A DNA stretch of 64,000 bases from Alkalispirochaeta sp. GTDB lineage: Bacteria > Spirochaetota > Spirochaetia > DSM-27196 > Alkalispirochaetaceae. Positions within the stretch are counted from its first letter, which is position 1. Every line of letters starts with the position of its first letter. Location: contig OZ271854.1 of assembly GCA_965601925.1 (NCBI GenBank), forward strand, positions 1,472,001 to 1,536,000. Reading direction: 5' to 3'. The notes under the pieces were generated by a model. That model saw nothing but the letters and a program-made list of their open reading frames with translations, did not search any database and had not been told where the DNA came from. The position numbers and the translations under genes are program-made. Below, one piece after another: positions 8,626-17,542 of this stretch.

Positions 8626-10088
8626 ACCTTTCTCCTTTTTTTTGAGTGATTCAATCTCCTTTGGGGAGAAACCGATGAAAGTACAATCGGATCAATAGGT
8701 CGCAACGCACATCGCACACCTCCTTCTTCACCGTGCGACACCACCGCGCATCTGCGGCCGCCCGGCTCCCACTTCAAGAGCTCGGTCGCAACGAGGCTCC
8801 CCCGGTTAGCGAACAACTCGATCGAGCAGGCGTCGACATATATCGCTACATCGACCGAGCGCGCCTCTGTATCTATCGTATCGTTCATAGAAGCCACCGC
8901 CCCGGACTGGGAACGGTGATCCCACGCGTCCGACCTATCGATCTCCATGCGCAAGACACCATCCCGTAGCTCCCCACAAATCCGCACCGCACGGCCCCGG
9001 GGATCACCGATCTCGACTTCCACGCGGTGCGCCCGATCGACGTTCCAATCAAGAGTCAGCAAAAACGAGGCCGTATCAAGATCGATCCAGCTCGCGGCGG
9101 CGCCGTCGCGATCGGGAGCCACTACGGGACCGTACAGCCGCTCCAACTGTTGAATCGGTTGTTGGTTAACGCGAAAGCGCTCACCCCGCCTCTCTATCGA
9201 GAGCGTGCGCGGAATGGATAGGCAGCCGTTCCACCGTTCCGGGGACAACACTTCGGCGTAGGCCCAATTATTCATCCATGCGACCAGGGTCCGCGCGGGA
9301 CCCGAGACGTTGCTCCAGACCTGCGCAGCATAGAAATCGTGCCCGTTGTCCAGCGGATGCCACTCCGTACCGTCGCGCACAAATGCCGTCCCGTCGAACA
9401 CGCCGCAGGTATACAGAACGTTTCCCGTATGGGCACGATCTCGTTGCGCGACACTTAAGAGCAGCACGTCCACCGCCTCGCCGTGCGATGTGTGTAGCGT
9501 AATGAGATCGGGACATTCCACGACGTAATCGTCGTTCCCTATATCGACGCTCAGTACAGAGGTACGCTCCCATCCCGTCAGATCTGGGGAACGAAAAAAC
9601 TCCAGATGGTCGCCGGTCGCTATGACACAGTGCCAATACTCGCCGCGGCGCCACAACTTCGGATCACGAAAGTCGGTCTCCCCTCGATTGTCTATAGCGG
9701 GAACATCGGCAAGGTCATAAAAGCGGCCGCTGTATCGGTCGTACTCGGCGAGGTACTGCGCCTGATAATCGCTCGCTCCATTCGGCTTGGAGCGCGTATA
9801 CATCGCCACAAGGCGCTCGCGCGAGCCGTTCTCATCCGATACCGCCGCCGTCCCGGAAAACGGAAATCCGCTGCGCGGAATCGGCACCATTGCCGGCTGA
9901 TACGTCTCCCAATGCACGAGGTCCATACTCGTCGCATGTCCCCAGTGGATGTTGCCCCAAACCGTCTCGTCGGGATTGAGTTGATAGAAAAGATGGTACA
10001 CCCCGTCTGTGTACACCAACCCGTTCGGGTCGTTTATCCAGCACCCGGGGTGGAAAAAATGAAACCACGGGAACGGTGCTCTCAACAC
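8622..10088 (-). CDS. Glycoside hydrolase family 32 (beta-fructofuranosidase/levanase)
   Basis: WINDPNG, WGHATS, FSGTA, FRDPK, ECPDL, DFYAAQ. Confidence 0.92.
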   Translation of the reverse strand: MLRAPFPWFHFFHPGCWINDPNGLVYTDGVYHLFYQLNPDETVWGNIHWGHATSMDLVHWETYQPAMVPIPRSGFPFSGTAAVSDENGSRERLVAMYTRSKPNGASDYQAQYLAEYDRYSGRFYDLADVPAIDNRGETDFRDPKLWRRGEYWHCVIATGDHLEFFRSPDLTGWERTSVLSVDIGNDDYVVECPDLITLHTSHGEAVDVLLLSVAQRDRAHTGNVLYTCGVFDGTAFVRDGTEWHPLDNGHDFYAAQVWSNVSGPARTLVAWMNNWAYAEVLSPERWNGCLSIPRTLSIERRGERFRVNQQPIQQLERLYGPVVAPDRDGAAASWIDLDTASFLLTLDWNVDRAHRVEVEIGDPRGRAVRICGELRDGVLRMEIDRSDAWDHRSQSGAVASMNDTIDTEARSVDVAIYVDACSIELFANRGSLVATELLKWEPGGRRCAVVSHGEEGGVRCALRPIDPIVLSSVSPQRRLNHSKKRRKV

Positions 10089-10113
10089 GGAATCGCCTTT
10101 CTTTTCGTATATA

Positions 10114-10127
10114 TGAAAACCCTTTCT
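10114..10127. promoter_or_regulatory. Candidate LacI-family operator upstream of the GH32 operon
   Basis: TGAAAACCCTTTCT resembles the site at 11192 and the LacI-family TGnAAnCGnTTnCA pattern. Confidence 0.45.
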
Positions 10128-10170
10128 AACTTTTCATGGAAGCCCCTCTTGGCAGTGTCGCTCACGTTCG

Positions 10171-11187
10171 CTATCCCGCTTTTCCATGAATGGTGGTGCT
10201 CTGTCGCGCGATCAGGCGCGGCTCCAAGACCGCCCATCGCACGGCGTTGTCGTCCGTACCTTCAAGGCGGTGGAGGAGCGTCTCTATCGCAATCCTCCCG
10301 AGGTCGCCGGTCGGCTGGCCGATCGACGTCAAGGTGGGTCTCACTTGCCGCGAGAGGTACGTATTGTCGAAGCCGATAATCGCAACCTCTTCCGGGACGG
10401 GTATATCCAGGTCCTGTAGGGCGTGCAGCGCCCCGAATGCGGCGTAGTCGTTTGCGGCGAACAGTGCGGTGACGCCCCGCGACCGATCCCGGAAAAAGTC
10501 CTTGGTGATCGCATACGCGTTTGCCGGTACCGCTTCCCCCCATGGAGACTCGGCGAGAAGATAGTCCGCCGGTACCGTTATGCCGTTCCTCTCCAGCTCG
10601 GCTGAGAATCCGGCGTACTTCGGATCCGTCGCACGGCCCAAAAAGGCGATACGCTCGTGGCCGAGGTCTACGAGATGGCGGGCAGCCAGCTCACCGCCCT
10701 TCTCCATCGAAACAAAGACCGAGTCGATGCCCTCAATGGGCTGCGTTATTGCGACCGACGGTGTGCTCGTCGGGATTTTATCGAACAGCGCCTCCGGCGC
10801 GACGTCTCCCGGGCATAGGATAACACCGTCCACCTGACGAGAGAGGAATGAATGAATGTACTCGCCGGCACGAACCGCATTGTCGCCGAAGTTCCCCACC
10901 ACGACGTTAAAGCCGGAGACGAACGCACTTGCCTCGATCTGGTGCAACACCTCGGCGAAAAATGGGTTGGAAATCTCCGGCAGGACGACGCCGATCAAAT
11001 ACGCGCGCTTCCTTGCAAGCGTCTGGGCCGTCGTGTTGGGGCGATAATCCAGGCGGCGAATCCAATCCATCACGGCGCGCCGCTTGTCGATACTGACCGC
11101 CGAGCTCCCGTTGAGGACTCGCGATACCGTTGCAAGAGAAACTCCGGCCCGCTCCGCTACCTCTTTCATCGTCGCCGCTTTTTTCAT
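10171..11187 (-). CDS. LacI family transcriptional regulator
   Basis: TMKEVAERAGVSLATVSRVLN HTH, FAANDYAAFG, IIGFDN, PTLTSIGQP. Confidence 0.95.
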   Translation of the reverse strand: MKKAATMKEVAERAGVSLATVSRVLNGSSAVSIDKRRAVMDWIRRLDYRPNTTAQTLARKRAYLIGVVLPEISNPFFAEVLHQIEASAFVSGFNVVVGNFGDNAVRAGEYIHSFLSRQVDGVILCPGDVAPEALFDKIPTSTPSVAITQPIEGIDSVFVSMEKGGELAARHLVDLGHERIAFLGRATDPKYAGFSAELERNGITVPADYLLAESPWGEAVPANAYAITKDFFRDRSRGVTALFAANDYAAFGALHALQDLDIPVPEEVAIIGFDNTYLSRQVRPTLTSIGQPTGDLGRIAIETLLHRLEGTDDNAVRWAVLEPRLIARQSTTIHGKAG

Positions 11188-11191
11188 GAAA

Positions 11192-11239
11192 TGTAACCGC
11201 TTTCATATTCATGATACGAACCCTTGCGTGAGCTGTCAA
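11192..11239 (-). promoter_or_regulatory. Sigma70 promoter of the lacI-family gene with overlapping operator
   Basis: Minus strand TTGACA(11239-11234)-17 nt-TATCAT(11216-11211); pseudo-palindrome TGTAACCGCTTTCA at 11192-11205 near the expected +1. Confidence 0.75.
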
Positions 11240-11280
11240 CGTTTTTTTCGGTAGGCTGCGTCGGAGTTTCGGTCGGTCGC

Positions 11281-11700
11281 TTAGAAGGCGGTAGCGTCTA
11301 CCTCGGCGCTCGTCTCCCCGCCGCCGCCTACGGTTACGAAGACTCGGTTGGGTAGACACGCCGCCCATTGCCCGCGCTCGGACAACGCTCCCGCGGCGAT
11401 GCAGATTTTATCACGACACGGCGAGGCGACAAAAAACACCGTCTCGTCGCGGATATGCACAACGGTATCTCCCAAGGGTCCGGAGAAGGACAATACGCGA
11501 TCCTCGTCAAGCGCATAGACGAAGTCTCCGTCATCGGATCGTACTTCGACGGTCGTTGCCGGTCCGCCCCGTTCTACGGCAAACACGGCGAACGCAACGA
11601 TGACCGCCGCCGCGACGACGAAGACCACGAAGTCGTACGGCTTGAGCGGGAGCTCCCGCAGGAAGCGCCGTAGATACCCTCCCCGTTTACGATCAGCCAT
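11281..11700 (-). CDS. NusG domain II-containing (Lin0431-like) membrane-anchored protein
   Basis: N-terminal TM helix, GPLGDTVVHI, SPCRDKICIAAG, ACLPNRV; ATG at 11700 overlaps the mscS end. Confidence 0.85.
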   Translation of the reverse strand: MADRKRGGYLRRFLRELPLKPYDFVVFVVAAAVIVAFAVFAVERGGPATTVEVRSDDGDFVYALDEDRVLSFSGPLGDTVVHIRDETVFFVASPCRDKICIAAGALSERGQWAACLPNRVFVTVGGGGETSAEVDATAF

Positions 11701-13018
11701 CGGCGCTCTTTCGGTGTTCGGTCGACGCCCGCCCGGTGGGCGTGAATGCATCGCGAAGAGCGTGTGCGATCGTTTCCAACTCGGCACCGCTGGGCTGCTG
11801 AAACACGCGCAAATCGAACTCGGGAATGACCGCCAACAGGTGATCGAAGATATCGGCCTGTACGGCCTCGTAGTGGACCCACCGTTGGTCGACGCAGAAC
11901 ACGTATACCTCGATGGGGATTCCCGTCGGACCGGGCGGGAGCTGACGGACGAGGAATGTCATATCGTCGCGAATCATGGGGTGGCTGCGAAGATACGCCT
12001 GCACGTATGCGCGAAAGACCCCGAGATTGGTCATTCGGCGGCCGCTCACGGAATCGGCCAGATCGATCGCGTGCTCTCGGTTGTATACATCGATGTCCGC
12101 TACCTTGCGTTCCAGATAGTCGCGAATGCGGCTGAATCTGCGGTAGCGATCGAGCATCCGGTCGTCTACGAATCGTACCGAACGCATGTCGATGGTGATA
12201 GCGCGCTTAATGCGTCGCCCACCGGACTCGCTCATACCGCGCCAGTTCTTGAAGCTGTCGCTCGTCAGTGCGTATATGGGAATGGAGGTGATCGTTTTGT
12301 CCCAATTTTGGACCTTGATCGACTGTAACGTAATATCGATCACATCGCCGTCGGCTCCGTACTTGGGCATCTCGATCCAATCGCCGATTTCCACCAAATT
12401 GTTGGCGGACAGTTGGATGCCGGCGACAAAGCCCAGAATCGAATCGCGAAAGATCAACAACAGCACGGCGCTCATGGCGCCCAACCCACTGAGGATGCCC
12501 AAGGCGCTCTGATTTAGGATCGTCGTCACAACGACGACGCCGGCGACCAGGTACAAGACGACCTTCCCGAGCTGTACGAATCCCTTGATCGGACGCTTAC
12601 GGCTGTAGGTCTGGTCCCGATAGAGGTCGTGGAAGACCTCCATGGACGCGTCGATCGTGAGGGCGGCGACGACGACGATCCACGCCGTTGTGGCGCGGCG
12701 AATCGCCTCGCCGACCCACGGCAGCTCGGGTGCAACGATGCCGCCGACTGCGTAGATGACCAACGCCGGCGCGACTCGGGAGAGACGCAGCAAGACGCCG
12801 CGATCGGCGATGCGGTCGTCCCATTTCACCTTCGTCCGTCGAAACATGGAATGAAGAAAGCGAACGATCAAGCGCCGTGCAATCCAGTCGGCGAGAACGG
12901 CGACGAAAAAGATCGTCACGATCAACACTGCCCGCTCGATGATCGCGGCCGCGACTCCCGGAATGCCCAAGGCTTGGAAAAAGGCCGCGAGACCGATGCC
13001 GACCGATTCAATATTCAT
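11693..13018 (-). CDS. Mechanosensitive channel MscS family (YbdG/MscM-like)
   Basis: GLGAMSAVLLLIFRDSILGFVAGIQL, IGDWIEMPKYGADGDV, VQNWDKTI, SFKNWRGMSESGGRRIKR. Confidence 0.93.
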   Translation of the reverse strand: MNIESVGIGLAAFFQALGIPGVAAAIIERAVLIVTIFFVAVLADWIARRLIVRFLHSMFRRTKVKWDDRIADRGVLLRLSRVAPALVIYAVGGIVAPELPWVGEAIRRATTAWIVVVAALTIDASMEVFHDLYRDQTYSRKRPIKGFVQLGKVVLYLVAGVVVVTTILNQSALGILSGLGAMSAVLLLIFRDSILGFVAGIQLSANNLVEIGDWIEMPKYGADGDVIDITLQSIKVQNWDKTITSIPIYALTSDSFKNWRGMSESGGRRIKRAITIDMRSVRFVDDRMLDRYRRFSRIRDYLERKVADIDVYNREHAIDLADSVSGRRMTNLGVFRAYVQAYLRSHPMIRDDMTFLVRQLPPGPTGIPIEVYVFCVDQRWVHYEAVQADIFDHLLAVIPEFDLRVFQQPSGAELETIAHALRDAFTPTGRASTEHRKSADG

Positions 13019-13084
13019 AAAAGAGCCCCCGGTAGAATGCGGTCATCGTCCCCGTCGATCGGCGGAAGCGCGCCGTCATCACCG

Positions 13085-13849
13085 TCAGTTCCACTTTTTT
13101 TTGTCGCGAATGTAGATGTCGTGGGCGGGGCTGTTCTCCATCGGTCGCTCGTCTATTTCGAACAGATGCATCGCCCGAACCAACTCGCCGAGCTTCTTGT
13201 ACCCGTAATTACGCGGATCGAAGTCGGGATTGCTGTTGGCGACCTTCTGCCCCACGATGCCCAGAGAGGCCCATCCGGTATCGTCGGCGGCATCTTCGAT
13301 TCCGTTGCGGACCATGGTGACCAGCTTGGTATCCTGTTTCAGCTCTTGGGTCGTATACCGCTTGCGTTGCACGGAGGCGGGCGCCTCTTTGTTGTCGTCT
13401 ACCTGCTGCTGCCTGAGTACCTCGCTGTATATGAAGCGGTCGCAGGCGCGAACAAACGCCTTCGGCGTCTTTTCTTCACCGAAGCCGTACACGGTAAATC
13501 CGGACTGGCGAATACGTTGCGCAAGGGGCGTGAAATCGCTGTCGCTGGTAACCAGGCAGAATCCGTCCATGGTGCCGGAATAAAGTATGTCCATCGCGTC
13601 AATCAGCATTCGCATGTCGGTAGCGTTTTTGCCGCGCGTGTAAGGATACTGTTGGATGGGTTGGATCGCGTAGTCGAGGAGAATGTTTTTCCATCCTCTC
13701 ATCGAGTCGCTGGACCAGTCTCCGTATATTCGTTTGATGCTGGCGATCCCGTAGTTTGCAATCTCTTCCAAGAGGCCTTCCATAATCGACGATTGGGAGT
13801 TGTCGGCGTCGATCAGAACGGCGAGACGCATCTGCTTTTCCGTGTTCAT
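13085..13849 (-). CDS. NYN domain protein with C-terminal OST-HTH/LOTUS domain (LabA/DUF88-like)
   Basis: AVLIDADN, KRIYGDW, GKNATD, SDSDFTPL, FDPRNYGYKKLGEL. Confidence 0.9.
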   Translation of the reverse strand: MNTEKQMRLAVLIDADNSQSSIMEGLLEEIANYGIASIKRIYGDWSSDSMRGWKNILLDYAIQPIQQYPYTRGKNATDMRMLIDAMDILYSGTMDGFCLVTSDSDFTPLAQRIRQSGFTVYGFGEEKTPKAFVRACDRFIYSEVLRQQQVDDNKEAPASVQRKRYTTQELKQDTKLVTMVRNGIEDAADDTGWASLGIVGQKVANSNPDFDPRNYGYKKLGELVRAMHLFEIDERPMENSPAHDIYIRDKKKWN

Positions 13850-13912
13850 GTTCCATCAAGGCTATCCGGTGCATTGTGACCTGGCAAGCGGTTTTCGGTA
13901 TATTGTGGTGCG

Positions 13913-15697
13913 ATGCTTGCATGGATACACACCATCGGACAGTGGGCCGGACTCGGTATCTCCTACGTCTTCATCTTCGCGGTGATCGGCATTGCACAAC
14001 TACTGCTGAAAGCCGGACTACTCGACGCCTCGGCGACACGGAAGGTCGTGCATATCGGTGTCGCGCACTGGTGGATACTGGCGATGTTGTTCATCGACGA
14101 CGTGGGTATCGCGTTAATCGGCCCGGTGAGCTTCATCCTCATCAACTGGGTCTCGTATCGAAGACACGTCTTCGCGGCGATGGAGCACCCGGAGCCGCGC
14201 AGTAACCTCGGTACCGTCTACTTTCCCATAGCCCTCACGATCTTAGTCGGCCTCACCTGGAGCGGCCTGTTTCCCACCTGGTACGGCCTCGCGGCGATCC
14301 TCGTGTTGGGTTGGGGCGACGGGCTGGCGTCGATCGTCGGCGAGCATCCGGGAGTGCGGAACGAGGCCCTTCGTTTCGCCGTTCCGGGAGGACGAAAGAG
14401 CGTCCTCGGGACCGCGGCGATGTTCTTCGCCGCCGGCGCGGTATCGGCCCTGATACTGTTTCTCTTTGCCGGTTCCGGGAGGGGGCATACCCCGACCACT
14501 ACAGGATTCGGCTTGTGGCACGCGATAGTGGAAGAGCTCCAACGCGTGGGGTCTTATACGTGGATCGGCAGGCCGACAGACAGCGCGGTGCTCGTCGCTC
14601 TCTCGCGCCTCGACGGACTGGTACGAATCCTAATCGAGCGCGCCGCCGACGCCGCCGAGGGTGCGGGGATCACCGCAACGCTTTTGGAGGGAGCGCCGAG
14701 CGCGGCCGCTTCCGGACCGTGGAGTATGCAACCAAGTACGATTGCGGCGACCGCGTTGGTCATCGCCGCCATCGCCACCGCGGTTGAGCTCACGACGCCG
14801 CGGGGTATGGACAACATCACCGTACCGCTCGCGGTCTTTGTCGTGCTGACCTTGTTGATGCCGCTACCGGGGGAGTGGATCGTACGCCTCGCATGGGCTG
14901 TGGCGCTGAATGTGTTTGTCGCGGTGGTCGCGTATGTGCGTCGCTCGGTAACGGCGACCGGCGCGATTGCCGGTGCATTCGTGGGTCTGGCCATCTACCT
15001 TTCGGGGGGCGGCTTTTACTGGTCGATACTGATGGCGTTTTTTGCATCATCGAGCATTATCGGGCGCCTCACGGGACGCGTCTCGAAAGAGCGCAAGAGC
15101 GCGGCGGAGAGTATTCACGTTAAGGGAGGGCGACGCGATGCCGTGCAGGTACTGGCAAACGGCGGACTTGCGGCACTCATGGCGCTGGCTCACGCCGTGA
15201 GCGGCCGTCCGATATTCATGCTCGGCTTTGCGATTGTGCTTGCCGCGTCGACCGCCGATACCTGGGCGAGCGAAATCGGCGTCCTCAGTACACGCGATCC
15301 CGTCTCGATTCTCTCTCTCCGGTCGATACCGCGGGGGACCTCCGGCGGCGTAAGTTTGTTGGGACTCGTAGCGAGCCTCGCCGGCGCCCTCTTCATCGGA
15401 TTGTGGTTTGCCCTGGGATATCGAATCGTCCACGGATGGAATCCACGGGAGCTGGGCGCGATCGTTGCCGTCATAACCGCCGGTGGATTCTTGGGGAGTG
15501 TTGTCGACAGCGTACTCGGCGCGACGGTGCAAGCCCAGTATTGGGACGCTCTACGGCAGCGACACACCGAGCGCCGTAACGACGCGGGAGGGAAACCCAA
15601 CCGGCTGGTAAAGGGCTTTCATTTCGTCACCAACGACCTGGTTAACTCTCTGAGCGGTGCGTTAGCGACGGCGACGCTTTTTGCGTTTGTCGTGTGA
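13913..15697 (+). CDS. Phytol/dolichol kinase-like domain fused to DUF92 (TMEM19/VTE6-like) domain
   Basis: RKVVHIG, GWGDGLASIVG, RKSVLG, GMDNITVP, then GGRRDAVQVLANGG, ADTWASEIG, GTSGGVS, DSVLGATVQ, NDLVN. Confidence 0.85.
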   Translation: MLAWIHTIGQWAGLGISYVFIFAVIGIAQLLLKAGLLDASATRKVVHIGVAHWWILAMLFIDDVGIALIGPVSFILINWVSYRRHVFAAMEHPEPRSNLGTVYFPIALTILVGLTWSGLFPTWYGLAAILVLGWGDGLASIVGEHPGVRNEALRFAVPGGRKSVLGTAAMFFAAGAVSALILFLFAGSGRGHTPTTTGFGLWHAIVEELQRVGSYTWIGRPTDSAVLVALSRLDGLVRILIERAADAAEGAGITATLLEGAPSAAASGPWSMQPSTIAATALVIAAIATAVELTTPRGMDNITVPLAVFVVLTLLMPLPGEWIVRLAWAVALNVFVAVVAYVRRSVTATGAIAGAFVGLAIYLSGGGFYWSILMAFFASSSIIGRLTGRVSKERKSAAESIHVKGGRRDAVQVLANGGLAALMALAHAVSGRPIFMLGFAIVLAASTADTWASEIGVLSTRDPVSILSLRSIPRGTSGGVSLLGLVASLAGALFIGLWFALGYRIVHGWNPRELGAIVAVITAGGFLGSVVDSVLGATVQAQYWDALRQRHTERRNDAGGKPNRLVKGFHFVTNDLVNSLSGALATATLFAFVV

Positions 15698-15834
15698 CAC
15701 GCGCCTCCTCCTGCTCGGCCGAGCGTCCGGGTCACGACTACTCCCGACTTTTCTCTTGCAAAGGCTTCTATCTATGTCACTCGTGTAGTCGCAAACGGAC
15801 AATCCTGTTCGCCGAGCATGTGACAACCGATTTT

Positions 15835-15951
15835 CGGTGAGTTCCTCGACGAGGCCGCAGGTAGGTCGCTCCTCACGGAACGGTCATCGCGCATCAGCCC
15901 TTTGGCGACATGCTCCGCTGGAATCCGCATTTTCACACCATCGCCTTGGTG
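15835..15951 (+). pseudogene. IS91-family (Y2/HUH) transposase fragment
   Basis: Plus-strand reading GTVIAHQPFGDMLRWNPHFHTIAL contains the PHFH HUH motif; preceded after an apparent frameshift by EFLDEAAGRSLLT; no start and no continuation. Confidence 0.7.
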
Positions 15952-16076
15952 ACGTCCACGGACGACGTGCGCTGCGCCGGAGTGCAAAATCGACGGTATA
16001 CTACAGAAACAATCGGCAGGCGGACCGTGACATACGCGCGTTGCCGAGAACTATGTACGGGTAAAGGAAGGACAAC

Positions 16077-17387
16077 ATGAAGAACCGTAGCAACTCTCGA
16101 CGGTGTGCGGCGGCGATCGGCGTCGCAATGGTGTTGGTCGCGGCCGTGGTAGGTGCACAGGAGGCCGGTACGCAATGGAACATCACGTTGCGGGACGGCG
16201 ATAACGTCGTGGGGGCGATCACAACCACGACATTGCGGGTAGTCACCGGCTATGCGGGCACGATTCCGATCCGTACTGCGCACGTCGCCGCCGTCCGTTT
16301 TGACGACGATCCGGGTGGGCAGGTCTCCATCGCGACGATCTTCGGCGACGCGATCACCGGCTTCTTGGTCGACCGCAGCATCAACCTGCGGTTGGCCGAC
16401 CGATCGTACGACGTGATGCGCGAGGATTTCTTGTCGATCGAGCCGTTTGGCGAGCCGCGCGCCGTCGTGCCGCGCGCGCCTACGGATGCGACATTGCACT
16501 TCTACAACGGCGACCGGATCTCCGGACAGTTGGACGAGGCGACGCGAATCGAGTCGCGGTTCGGTGCCGTGGCAATACCGCAGCTCGCCGGCCTCGCCTT
16601 CCGATTGTCGCCGGAACTCGCGGTGACCGCCCGGTTGATCGACGGCCAGCAGATGCGGGTCGACGTGGAACCGGTGATGCTGGAGTTCGCGACGCGTATC
16701 GGCCACTCGCTCGAGGTGGCCCAAGCCGCCGTCTCAAGCATCAGGCTGACGGCAAGCGCCTCGGCGAGCTTGGACGACGTTCACGCGTCGTTTCACGAAC
16801 GGTTTGCGGATATCACCGACTTGATCCCCTACCGTTGGGACTTCCGCGATGGCGAGCATGGCGACAATATCTCCGACGGCGGTAACGACATGTTCGACGG
16901 TGGCAACTACTTGGGAACCGATCTCGGAACGCTCATGTACACCGGTGGTGAGATCGTCGATTCGCCTGCGTGCGGTCCGGGTGGGCGTTATTTCACCAGC
17001 AAGGTCCCGGGGTTGTTCTTGTTCGCAGCCGAGATCGATCAGATCTCCAACTTCCAGATTACCGGCAACCTCGGCGCCGACGGTGGCGGTGCGGTCGACG
17101 GTCTCGAGTTCACCGTCAACGGCGCCGCCGGCGCGTATCGCGCGTTTGTAAAACGGGTATACGGCTCGGGCGATCCGTCGGTGAATCATTTGATCATCGT
17201 TCCGGAGGGCGGAAATCTGCAACAGCAGTTCCCCAACGACACCTATGACGATGACCACATCGTCACCGGACTCGAGACGGCCGATCGTATCTACTACCTC
17301 TTGTTGTCCAGCGACGATTACGCCGCTATCGACGAAGAGGTGATGGGCCAGATCGCGCGAACGTTTGTCGAAATAGCCGGTCTTTAG
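16077..17387 (+). CDS. Secreted protein of unknown function
   Basis: AAGGA RBS, signal peptide (VVGA-QE), duplicated beta-rich module (LRDGDNVVG / FYNGDRISG), Gly/Asp-rich C-terminal domain. Confidence 0.75.
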   Translation: MKNRSNSRRCAAAIGVAMVLVAAVVGAQEAGTQWNITLRDGDNVVGAITTTTLRVVTGYAGTIPIRTAHVAAVRFDDDPGGQVSIATIFGDAITGFLVDRSINLRLADRSYDVMREDFLSIEPFGEPRAVVPRAPTDATLHFYNGDRISGQLDEATRIESRFGAVAIPQLAGLAFRLSPELAVTARLIDGQQMRVDVEPVMLEFATRIGHSLEVAQAAVSSIRLTASASASLDDVHASFHERFADITDLIPYRWDFRDGEHGDNISDGGNDMFDGGNYLGTDLGTLMYTGGEIVDSPACGPGGRYFTSKVPGLFLFAAEIDQISNFQITGNLGADGGGAVDGLEFTVNGAAGAYRAFVKRVYGSGDPSVNHLIIVPEGGNLQQQFPNDTYDDDHIVTGLETADRIYYLLLSSDDYAAIDEEVMGQIARTFVEIAGL

Positions 17388-17542
17388 GGTGGTCGGCCGC
17401 GGCCGGCGGTCACTCGGCGCGAAGCCGGTTTACGGCGTCGCTCGCTTGTCGACGGGTGAACCTGCGTCGACCAACGCCGCGATCATCGAGGATCCCGACG
17501 CGATCAAGCACACATAGCGATATAATACGCGATTCTACTGCT

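Noticed and set aside
15772..15987. 71-aa minus-strand ORF
   Set aside because: It is better explained as the antisense reading of the IS91 transposase remnant.
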